Below, one piece after another: positions 42,176 to 53,400 of a stretch of DNA of 64,000 nt. The notes below the pieces were generated by a model. That model did not search any database and was not told the origin of the DNA. It saw only the letters and a list, made by a program, of their open reading frames with translations. A program made the position numbers and the translations under genes. Source of the stretch: Macrostomum hystrix (taxonomy: Eukaryota > Animalia > Platyhelminthes); NCBI GenBank assembly GCA_950097015.1, contig CATNEN010000025.1:3844001-3908000 (forward strand), written 5' to 3'. Positions within the stretch are counted from its first letter, which is position 1; every line of letters starts with the position of its first letter.

Positions 42176-43419
42176 TTATCCCAGCTTGAGCTGCAGCTCG
42201 CGCTGCCTCGCCTTCTCCATCTTGTTAGCCCGGGCCTGCGACTTCTGTCCCATGATGCCGCCGCCCCAGTGTTTGCGGATCTCATCGCTGCGGCTGTTGA
42301 AGTTGTTGCGCACAGTTTCAACCAGCTTGGAGAGGGCCGAGCGGTCCTCCGGGTTGACGCCGGCGAGGGCCATGGCGGCGCAGGTCTTCATGCCGACCAC
42401 GGTGCCGAGGCGGGCCTTGCCCTGCGGGACAAACCACGGCTGCTGTCAGACACCTGTCACTGTCTTGGGGGGCTGAGTGGCAGAGGGCTTAACCAAGGTA
42501 CCCGAGCTTGAATCCGCGGCCACGTTCATTTGGGCCGCAGCCGCGGAGAGAGGGCTTGGGGACTTGCAATGCAGTTTGGCGAGCCCCCAAAGCACAGAGT
42601 GTAGCTACTGAAGTACACTGCCTGACAACCAAACATTCAGAGTAGATTTACACCACTGTGCGGTATCCGTATGAGTATGTGCTCGGGAGTCAGCGGAGTA
42701 GACAGAATTGCCTCTCACTGGAGGATCTACGGTCACTAAATCACTAAATGCCCAGAGCCCTGCTAAAATCACTATTTTATGATTGCTAAAGGGCCAGCCA
42801 ACAACACGTGAGACACCTGTGACAGCAGCAAAGCCATCAGTAAGCTCACCTTGACGATGCAATAGGGCACATCCATCTTGCGGCAGAGAGCAGGCAGGTA
42901 CAGCACAATCTCGATGGGATCAACATCGTGAGCAATGACCACCAGCTGAGCCTTCTTGCGCTTCACCAGCGAGGTGACATTGTTGATGCCGTAGCGGATG
43001 CTGTTGGGCCGCTTGGTCGGCTCGTCCGACTGGCCGGCCGCCCTCTGCTCCGCGCGCTGGCGCAGGCGCTCCTTCTTCTGCAGCTTCGTCTCCGGCTTGT
43101 ACTTTTCCAGCAGGCGAAACACCTGGGCAGCGGCCGGCTTGTCCAGCGCCGTGGTGAACTGGTTGATGGCCGGCGGCACCTTCAGGCGCTTCATCAGCAC
43201 CGCGCGCTGACGCTGCACCCGGATGTAGCGAGGCCACATGCAGAAGCGGCTCAGATCGCGCTTCGGCTGAATGTCCTGGCCGATGGCAAAGCTCTTGGGA
43301 CGGCTTTGGATCAGCGGATTCGTCACCTTCTTGGCCTCGGCCTTCTTAACGATGGCGGGAGCGGCCGCCACCCGCTTCTTGCCCTTGGCCTTGGCAGCCT
43401 TTGCCTTGTTGTTAGGCAT
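42176..43419 (-). CDS. RPL7A: 60S ribosomal protein L7a (eL8), 2 coding exons, 271 aa
   Basis: Exon 43419-42850 (MPNNKAK...[47 protein letters not shown]...[32 protein letters not shown]|gtgagc) and exon 42421-42176 (cag|[14 protein letters not shown]...[13 protein letters not shown]...KLG*). Confidence 0.98.
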
Positions 43420-44649
43420 CGCGCTGCAAAGGGGATGAAATTGAAAGAATATTGCACAACTGCACTCTGCATTCTGGCATTGGCACGGCCTATTCAATAA
43501 GGAATGCCATGATTCTATTGTAAGCGCCTTTCTGCGAAGCACCCTTAAGACTGACGAGTGAATAATTGATTGAATAGAACAAAGCAATAGCTATTTCAAA
43601 GGTGAATAGTTAAAAAATATTTTTAGACATGGATTGAACACATAAATTTGTTACATTGCACAGCACTTCGACAAAATTAATTTTAACATTTGTAAATCTT
43701 TTAAAAAATCTAGAAATCAATAAGTCAAATATTTTTTCTGGAAGTTCTAATAAGCTAAAATTCAATAGTTATTATTCTCCAACTGTAACTTATTCATTAG
43801 CAGTTAATTATTAAATATCAAATGATATCAGATATATCATTATTTTTTATTTTGTATTTTATATATTTCCATATGATAATTTAGTTATAATTTCATTGAA
43901 CTTTCTAGAAGATTCCATTAGACATTATAAATACACATAGCCCAAGCAGTGTATTCTGCAACTCTCTCTCTCAATTATATAATTAATAACAACTAAAAAG
44001 CTGCCAACTTGCTCTGCAATAATTTCAATTTGTTGCAAATTATTAAGCAAAGATCTTTAATACCAGAATTTTAAAACAAAATAACAGTGCATTGTAGTCT
44101 ATAGACTCAATTAACAGATGCTTCTGTGTACATGTACAACTTGATGCAGATGTGAAAACTTGAAGGGTAGAATTTGGATATAGAGATGCTTTTGTGCTTG
44201 CTTTGTTTGGAATAAAGTGAGGGTGAGGTGGTGTGGCAGAGATGTGAACATGATTCACACTCTAAAATGTCAAAAAGGTGTCAAAACTGATTTCATTATA
44301 ACAGTTGAAAGATAGGTGCCAACACAATGTGGGGCAGGGCAGTTCTGTTCTAACTTTGAAAAATTTTGTTTTATAGATGACAAAGTGTCCACAAATCAAA
44401 GTCACTTTGTCATCCACCCTCTGAGTTATTGGACAGATTGTCATCTGGATGACAAAGTTGTAAGATGACGAAGTGTCCAGGTACCTGACAATGTGAGGCT
44501 AGGTGTAGGTCTATGACAAAAACCAAAGAAAAAGAGAGAAGAAGTGGCAGGTGGGTCTGGGAGGGAAAGATTATTTTATTCTTGCCTTGCTCTTGTTACC
44601 TTTGGCAAAATTCTTTTCTGGGTACTATAGCATCTGAGTGGCTTGTTGG

Positions 44650-45252
44650 GGCATAAATTTACTTTCGTTCGCGAAATTTTTTTCCTCTTTTAAAATGGTG
44701 TCAATAACGCGGAATGACGAATAGGAGTTGTCTATGGCCCATAGTAGCCACGTAGAGTTGTTTGGGGCACAGAAATTCGGCTGAGTTTTATTGAGCCCTC
44801 ACTATACTTTGGATTTTAGAGACTTCGAGACTCTTCTGATTTGCAAATGGCTGGGCAGCCCCCAAGACCATCATGGATTGTGCCACCGAATGAAGTTCTG
44901 TCGGAACTAAATATGAATTCAAGGGATCTGATGGAAGTGACGGCAAGTACTGACGAGACTATGTGGCATGGCACTAGCGATGCCCTCTTTGAATCGCACA
45001 TCCAAGAGTACCTATGGCAACACCTTCACCCGGGGCCTACCAATGCCTTTGGCAACATTCTGTACTGGATTTGTCATTATTACCCTGTTTAGGAATCTGA
45101 GACAGTCAGGGCTGCATTGAACTGAACTGAGCAATGCTCAGTGCCGTTTAAAAATGTTTCCCCTAGTTGTGTTACCAGTTGACGTTATCTACTTCATTGT
45201 TTAACATTTTAAAAGAAGAAAATAATTTCGCGAACAAAAGTAAACTTATGCC
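44650..45252 (+). mobile_element. Merlin (IS1595/ISXO2-related) DNA transposon, internally deleted, 603 bp
   Basis: 48-bp TIRs 44650-44697 and 45205-45252 (44/48 identical, starting GGCATAA); 8-bp TSD CTTGTTGG at 44642-44649 and 45253-45260. Internal ORF 44847-45092 ends HGTSDALFESHIQEYLWQ...NAFGNILYWICHYYPV*, matching the Merlin transposase C-terminal pattern (G...L.SYL.EF+W...F..IL..I...YP, from memory). Confidence 0.85.
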
Positions 45253-47664
45253 CTTGTTGGTTGTTTGTTGGTTATTAGTGATTGTTTATACTGTTTTACT
45301 TTAATGAAGTCATTAAAATGTCATTATACAATAAATTTCAATAAAATGTGTGAAGGTAGAAGATTATAAAAAACTAAACTAAAAGGTTGCTAGTAGCCAA
45401 TTTGCGCATTTATTTTAAAAAGCAATTTGATTATTAGGCCTACCTAAATGAGACAAAAAGACACATAAAATTAAATATGTTGAAAAACGAAAATTCATTT
45501 TATTGGTGACAAACTTTGAGTTCATAGGCCTACAATAGCTATTAATAGCTTGTGCTTTAAATGTGTGAGAAATAAACTTAAAATATTTATATTTAAATAG
45601 AAACTCCAAAAATGTAACAGGCCTAAGCTTGTTAACAGGGCTTAAGATCAGCAACTGCCACAACCGCCACAACAAATATCTTTGCCTATAGCAGTTAGAA
45701 AAGATACTACGCGTATTGATTATGTGGCTATGAATTAAGCGCGTTTACATAAAATGTTGTTGAATTTCTGAGCCTAGCCAGCCCAATGTTGCCAGTCAAG
45801 TCTACAAGGAAAGAAGATTTTAATAACTAAAGTTAAAACTGCCTGTAGGCCTAGCAGCATAGAACACAAATTTACCATTGAAAAGGCATATAACTTAGGC
45901 CTATTTGCAGCTAATTATAGGAACCTAGTGGATTCTGGACTCTGTCAAAACTGCAGTTTGTTCTTCAGGGTCTTGCTTATAAGAACTAGCGTCAAATAAA
46001 TACAACCAAAAGATTATTTAAAATTATCATCAAAGAGCTCATTATAATGAGTATAATATGTAATTTTTTGACCGTCTTATTTGTTCGTAACTAAGATTAA
46101 AGCACTTTCATAGCGTAATTTTGTTTTAGTTGTTAAAATGGTCCAGCTTCGGCGCGTATTTAAGTTAAAAATTAGGATGATGCCCGCAGCAAATATTTCA
46201 CATTGAAAATTGATTAATATTTCTCTTCTGGGGACATCTCTTTCCTTATTTCCCTTATCAGGGGACAGATAGCTAAGCTAATAATGTTTGCTAAGTGTAT
46301 GCACATGAAGCGGCATAGAAGAGTGAAATTGAAATATGGAAAGAGATTAATTTAGCACTGATAAAAACACAAAAGACGGTCAACAATAATAAATGATGCA
46401 CGCAAATTTACAGCGAGATTTCTTGCCTGATTGAACAGAAAATACTAGGGTCACACTACTTCCACTCAGTGAGCAAGTGCTGAAAATCAGTAAAATATAA
46501 TCTAATGTGTGATTTTACATGACAATTAAAAAGTACTGCATGTTACCTTTAAGTGTCATATGCTGTAATAATCGTCAACCCCAACGCTGTTAAAGTGTGA
46601 GATTCTCTTGTTTGCTTTCTCATCTTGTCCCTTTGTCCTCTTGTATTTTTTAAACTTTTTGGACCCATTGTTTTGCAGCCGCGCGCTACAGCTCATGCTT
46701 GGACTTACTTGTTAACGAAATCAATATTCCCCACCTACCTGGGCATGGTGAGGCAGCTATAGGCCAAAGCCAGTGTGGGTTGAAAGAAGCATTTCAAGCT
46801 ACGTTGTCTCTCAGGTCCTTCATGAGTCCATGACCCTCACTTGTCAGACTCATCTGCAGTCTGCAGAGCTAAAATACCCAAGGAAAACCACAATCACGAA
46901 CTTATGGAGTTCTCGAACGACGCAGAAGCAAATTTTTCTTCCTATTGTTTGCATCAAGATGTTTGGATCCATCTTATATTTACTAGGTCGTATGTTTGCG
47001 AAGAAAGTCGTTTCTCGATCGCTTCTTAAGTCTATGGCCCATCCTACGGTTGATCCTAAGTCTAAGAGTGGTCGTAAGCTGTCTTTTCTTTGCAAGCAAG
47101 GCTTGATATTATTTTTTTCTTCTGATTTGTTTGCATGCGCTTTCTGCTTTCTGTTTTCAAAGTTCAAAGTTTACACAGAATGAAACGATATAAAATTGAT
47201 ACAAAGTATGTTCTACGACCTTTATAAATGTAATGGATTTCCCATTTCCACAATTTCCAATACGTTCCTAGTTTGCAGATTACGGCTTAAAAGCAGAGGG
47301 AGAAAAATGTTTTGTGACAATTAACGCTTCACGGCTTTTTGTGGAGCACATAGCTCGTATTTCAAATTATCCTGAAGACGGTATCTTGACACTAAAAAGC
47401 TCTCAGGGGTAGAGAAAAATTTTCTGTTTTTCCTCTTCTTCCACATCCAATATACCAAGAAATACACCGCAGCATTGTTAAAATTTTCTCCATAACGCCA
47501 GGGCGAGAGCAAACTCTATACAAGGCTCATTTTGATTTGTTGTAGTCCTGGAAACACGCAAACAAACTGGTGTATAAAGTTGCGGCTCAAAAATATGGAG
47601 GGATTGTTAGACGGAATCCAGATAGATCTGCTATTAATTTTATCTCTCTGCAAAATCGGATGAC

Positions 47665-49134
47665 ATGGCACTGAAATATCTGCTTAATACTGTTACTATA
47701 ATTAGCGCCTGGCTAATCGTCACGCAAGGTAAGACTTCGACCATGCTGCTCTAATCTAAACAATTAAAATGTGTTAAGTTGTGGAAGCTTTGAAAAACAC
47801 TTCTTGGTAGTCTCGGGAAGCTTTCAAGTCCAGAGTCGCTATATCGCAGCCGACGGAACCGTCCTGCTCAGAGAGACCGCGAGCAGCGAGCTCGTCAACC
47901 TGACCGGCTTGCAGAAGCTGCTCGAGTGTCTGGCAGCGTGCCAGCTGAGAGGCTGCCTGCTGGCCTCGCTGATTCCCAGCTCGCGCGTCTGCCAGCTAGT
48001 GCTGGTGAACGACGCGTCCAGAGGACTCGGGCCAGCCGGGACTCACGTGTCGAGACTGCTGGGCTCGGAGCCCGGCGCCAGGGTTTGGAAAGTCGAAAAC
48101 TTCGATGCGCTCTTAAAAATGAGACAACTAAATGAGATTACGTTTAAGAGTGAGTCAGTGATCGATTCTAATTTCTTGAGAGCTAATATCTCATTAGCGT
48201 ACTCAAATCTGCTCATCGATTCAATGCAGACACCAGCACGGGTAAAAGCGGTTCAATCCAGTTCCTGACGGTTCCATTGACTGGCTGCTACCGCATTGAA
48301 GCCTCAGGCGCCAGAGGCGGAACCAACTCATTCTCGGGCATGGCTGGTGGCAGCGGCGCCTTAGTGTCCGGTGCCTTCAACCTGACTGCTGGCAGCCAGA
48401 TGGCTATTGTGGTCGGACAGTCCGGCGGCCCGCCAAACTCGATGTACGCCGGAGGCGGCGGCGGCGGTGGCAGCTTCGTGTACAGGACTGCCGACAATTT
48501 CCTACTCGTGGCAGCTGGCGGAGGCGGTGCTGGGACCTACGGCTCTGCTGGTTAGATCTTTTGGATTACGAGCGTATTTTCCTCGAGTAAAAACATTGTC
48601 CAGAAGCATTAAAGTCGTATCGTGCTAATTTAACAATCGACAACAGGTCTTCCTGGCGTCGCCGGCATCAACGGCACGGACACGCGTCCTTACGGAGACA
48701 GCATCAGCTACGGTGGCATCAACGGCCAACCCGGATTCAACAATCCGGGCGCCATGCCCGGCAGTCACAATCACGGCGGCTGCGGCTCCGGCTGGCTGGG
48801 CAGGCCCGTGAACCCCAGACGATGGTCGGTGGACGGCGACCGCGGCGGAGGTCGGGCCGAAGGCTGGATTGGCGGCTTGGCTGGCAACACCGGCACTGGC
48901 GAAGGCGGATTCGGTGGCGGCGGCGGCGGCGGCAGACAGGACTCGAACTGGGGAGCCGCCGGTGCTGGCAGCGGCTACAGCGGCGGTGGCACCGGCTATT
49001 CAACGGCGCCGCCAGGCGGTGGCGGCGGGTCATTGTGCTCGGGCAGCCGGTGCAACGCCACCACCGGTGGCAACACTGGTCAGGAAGGCCTGGTGGTCAT
49101 CCAGCTGCTCGAGCCGTTTGTCAGCGCCTGCTAG
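47665..49134 (+). CDS. Secreted protein: signal peptide + PAN/apple-like segment + ALK/LTK-type glycine-rich domain, 4 exons, 397 aa
   Basis: Exons 47665-47728 (MALKYLLNTVTIISAWLIVTQ|gtaaga), 47829-48149 (CLAACQLRGC...CQL), 48230-48550 (IQFLTVPLTGCYRIEASGARGG...GAFNLTAG..MAIVVGQ.G...GGGGGGSFV...LLVAAGGGG) and 48647-49134 (GGFGGGGGG...GGGGGSL...GLVVIQLL...*); phases are consistent. An alternative acceptor at 47811 is possible. Confidence 0.85.
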
Positions 49135-49464
49135 TGAAGCGGCTTTGAGTCTATTGCAAATTTGAGAAGAAAATCTCGCGGACAGAACATCGGCAAACAG
49201 AGCGGCTGTTTAGTTTAGAGTGTCATTTTACACAGAAAACAGCTGACAGCTCCGCAACCTCACAGCACTGTTAATGGCCAAAGTTGTTGCACTTTTATTG
49301 CACAAGGGATTGGTTATGGAACGCAAAAAATCATTTTTTGCAGAATAAATAATGGTTTAAGCTCCTAGAATACTCGTAAAGGCTCTAAAAAAGATACTCA
49401 AATCAAGTGAAAGTATCTTTATAAGCTACTGTTACCAGTAGTATGCTACTACTACTAAAAATTT

Positions 49465-49752
49465 TTTTTACCTGAGCCAGTTGGGCCAGATGTGCAGCCG
49501 ACAGCGCAACCGCAGATATTGCGCTATGCATTTGAAGCATGCGTACAGCTGTTCAGTCCATGGACTGGGGGGACGCCACACCCGCTCTCAATTACTTCAG
49601 CTAATGCAGGTACCTATTTAACAGCTGCTTAAACAGAAGCGATACAGAGTTAAGTGTCTTGTTAAAGGACACAATTGTTCCAGTGAAATTGGGTATCGAA
49701 CCCCCGACCTTCAAGTCGTGAGTCCAATGCACTCTAAGCACTAGCTACAAAC
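49465..49752 (-). mobile_element. tRNA-derived SINE, copy 3
   Basis: Homologous to the other copies (GTGCAGCCGACAGC, CAGTCCATGGACTG, AAGTGTCTTGTTAAAGGACACAA, ATCGAACCCCCGACCTTCA). Confidence 0.9.
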
Positions 49753-50448
49753 ACTGCTACCACTTTTACTACTCTAGAAATATGTTTATGAAGATTAAGT
49801 TAATCTTTTTAATTGATTACACAATCCATTTCAATCGAAAATTAGCTGTCAAAATATATTTGCTGTCAAAAGTTGACCATACTGCTGCGAGAGATCGTAA
49901 GAAAATCAAGTATAATGTTTTCATAATTGCACAGAGTAATGGGCAATGTACGAGCTACAATCATAATGAGGATATTTCATCCGAGCAGTGAAAAATAGGA
50001 ATCAAAGGTGGAAAAAAATTAGTATCTAATGAATTTCGCAAAATTTGTCATAACGGATCAGGAGAAAAGCTGGAGTTATAAATTTCTTAAACTTTCTTTC
50101 TTAAAACTTCTTAAAATAAATTGTGTCTTCGCAGTAAGAGCCAGTCTTTGCGGCACTGAATGAATCGAAACGGCCGATAAATCAAATACTCGTACATTAA
50201 CCAAGAGAAAAGGAGGGGGTGAGGAAAGAGAGACAAACAGCTAGCCAATCAGAGACGAGGGAGAGGAAAGAGAAGTGAAGGTTAGTTTTGAAGTTCAGAA
50301 GAGAGAGAGGACAATAAGAGTGCGCGCGAGCGTAAACAAACACACAGGGAAGGCAGAAGTAATAAAAAGAATGACTTTCTTGCTAAATTAATGTTAATGA
50401 CGAATCACATAAACTATCATGTTCTTGCTATTGTTATTGCTATTGTTC

Positions 50449-53400
50449 TCAAACCAACTGCCAGTCCCCGTCGCTGTTGTCCGAGTCGCTGCTGTCCTCA
50501 GTTGCAGAGGTTGAGCAGGCAGGGGTGTCATATTCAGCAGCTCCGTTGGCTAGATTCATGTGGTTCTGTGAATAGCGTTTCCGAAATTAGATGAGAATCT
50601 TGAGCATAGGATAACGTTTGCTTATTGAGGACAGAACAACTGAAGGACTGCTGGATAGGGATCATGGATTCCTTGATAGGGACCATGGATTCTCTGATGG
50701 ACTGCTGGATAAGGACAAAGGAAGCCTCACCGCCAGCTTATGCAACCGCCCGCTGCCGTCGGCCACAGCGACACTCGAAGGTCCGGCGCAGACGGCAACC
50801 ACGTGCCGACCGTAGCAGCCGATCGGGCGCCACAAACCGGCGTTGGATGCTCCTCCGCCGCGGCTGTCAAAATCGCTACCGGCGTCAGCGGCAAACACCC
50901 GGCCAGTGGTGCCACAACAGGCGATGGCGAGGTCACCAGACACCGACAGGTCGACGATGGTCCGCGGCTCGGCGCAGCCAACGCCGCCAACTGGCACCGG
51001 CCGCCACACTCCGCTGGCATCTTCGTCATCCATGGCGTCCTTGACGACGTCAACGATGCTATTCGAGCGTCGCGCATTGGCCAGCCAGAAGTGCGCGTGG
51101 CCGCGGGCGTCGGTGGCCCACAGTCGGCCGGAGCGGGGACAGGCGGCCAGCCGGCGCAGTCGAAGTCCGGGTGGGCCGCGCAGGAGCCGCCAGCCGCTTA
51201 GGAGGTTGCCACCGTCCTCATCATTGTTGACAATGTCGCTGCTGTTAGTGGACGGCTCGGCGATGCTCCAGACTTCGCCAGTTGCATCAGCCAGGCAGAG
51301 CTGCCGTCCTCCATCGCCCCGGCAGGCGATGCTGAGCCAGCGTGAGGCGCTGCTTGCGTTACGCAGCCGCTGAGGTCCGAGGTCCAGCTGAAACTGGCTC
51401 CAGCCCTGGCCGTTGCCCATCGGTGCTGCATCGGTGAGGCCTGAAAGCCGAATACAATCCAATCACCTACTCATAGTAGAATCAGTATGGATAAATTAAA
51501 AATAACATTCCTAGGCACTGAGCTTACCAACCAGACCGCAAAGCTGGCCGCCCGCACGCAGCACCCAGACGGAGCCGGTGCCGCAGCAGAGGCCGACAAC
51601 AATGTCGGAGGCAGCGTCGGCTGCTGTAGATTCTGGCAGCCGCAGCCGCTGCCAGTCGGCGTCGTCAGGCCCGATGCAGGCCAGCCAGTGGGCGGCGGCA
51701 GCGGCGTGCGCCGGCACGGCCCAGATCCGGCCGCCAGGGCCAGCGGCCAGGTGCCGCCAGGCGGTAAGGAAGGCCGCGGCCGTGGACGGTGCCGCTGGCT
51801 GCCAGGTGTAGGCGGACAGGCGGCCTGGTGGACAGCGCAGCAGCAGCCGCCGGCGGGGACAGTGCAGCCAGATGCCTGCAGACTTTGAGGAGGTCATCAG
51901 GCGGAGCGAACCGCCGCGGGTCTCCGCGTTGGCCTCCGCTGAAGTGACTTCAAACAGGCGTGGAAGCCAGGTTTCGGCCCAAACCCCGCTGTCTGATCTT
52001 AAAGCTGTTGAAGGCGAAAGCGGAAGGCCGCTCCAACTGAGCAGGCACGCGCCGCGGCCGAGCGCCCAGAGCCGTCCGGCTGCAACGGCCAGACAGCGAG
52101 CTCGGACGCCAAGGCGCAGCGGCCGCCAGTGTCCGGGATCAGCTAGCGGCGTGGCCCAGACGCCTCCGTCTCGACTGGCTGCGAGAAGCCACCCGAGGCC
52201 TTCGCAGATTTCAGCCGGGCGGAACGGACAGCGGAGTAGCTTCGCCGGCGGCAGCTCGCTGCCGTTGAACCGCACGAGGAGGACGACGATCTCGGCAACA
52301 TCGGGTTCGGCCATCTCGGCGCATGTCAGCTGTTGGACGAGGCCGCACAGGGCGCGGCTGGTGGCTCGGATGCTGAGCACTCGGGCGGTGCTGTCAAGGC
52401 CGGGCAGGCCGCGCCAAGCTCCGCCGCCCGGCCCCGTCCAAGTAACGACACCGCCGCGCAGACGGAAGAGCCACCGGCCGCCAGCCACCTGAAGTTGACC
52501 GGCGTCCAGGTGTGCCTGCGCGCACCATCGGGCCATCGGCGAGTCCGCTTTGTCGTCAACGCTGTCGCGGCTTTGGCGTCGGCGCTGTCGACCAGGCAGG
52601 CCGGCGGTGAAGGCTCGGCCTGATCGGGTGCAGCAGTAGAGCGAGCCGGCGTCGCAGCTCAGGCTGCCTAGCTGGCCGGCCCAGGCAGTGTCGACAGCAT
52701 CTTCGCTCGCTGGAGGCGTCGGCTCGATGATCCAACGGGCAACGCCGGCCAGGGATGCCGTGATGCCACGCAGTGCCGCATCATCTGGAGCCGGATGCGT
52801 TGGAGGATGTGACCTTGCGACTCTGGATTTCGTGGGTTGTGCGGCCCCTTGTGAAGATTCTACAATGGGTTGCTCTTCAGAAGAACTTGATGAAGTAGGA
52901 TTTGATGCTTCAGGATGAAAAACCTTAGATGGCGCTGCATTTGGCTGAGATACTTCTGGATTTGACGCTTCAGGCCTTGATACTTCAGACTCTGAAACTT
53001 CAGGCTGTGATGCTTCAGGCTGTGATGCTTCAGGCTGTGATGCTTCAGTGTGTGATGCTTCAGGCTGTGATGCTTCAGGCTGTGATGCTTCAGGCTGTGA
53101 TGCTTCAGTGTGTGATGCTTCAGGCTGTGATACTTCAGACTGTGAAACTTCAGGCTGTGATGTTTCAGGCTGTGATGCTTCAGGCTGTGAAACTTCAGGC
53201 TGTGATGCTTCAGGCTGTGATGCTTCAGGCTGTGAAACTTCAGGCTGTGATGCTTCAGGCTGTGATGCTTCAGGCTGTGGTGCTTCAGGCTGCGATCTCC
53301 CAGCTTGAAATTCCTCATTCCGAGGTTGCACACACCGATGGCAGTCGCTATCTTTGGTTTCCTTCAATGATGAAGATGCGTTACAGTCCGAGTTAGAACT

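Noticed and set aside
46068-46383. Possible MITE with TTGACCGTCTT inverted repeats
   Set aside because: Only 11 bp perfect, no target-site duplication; about chance expectation for this window.
46725-46790. U1 snRNA-like start (ACCTACCTGG...GTGAGGC)
   Set aside because: Similarity is limited to about 10 nt; no U1 stem-loops or Sm site follow.
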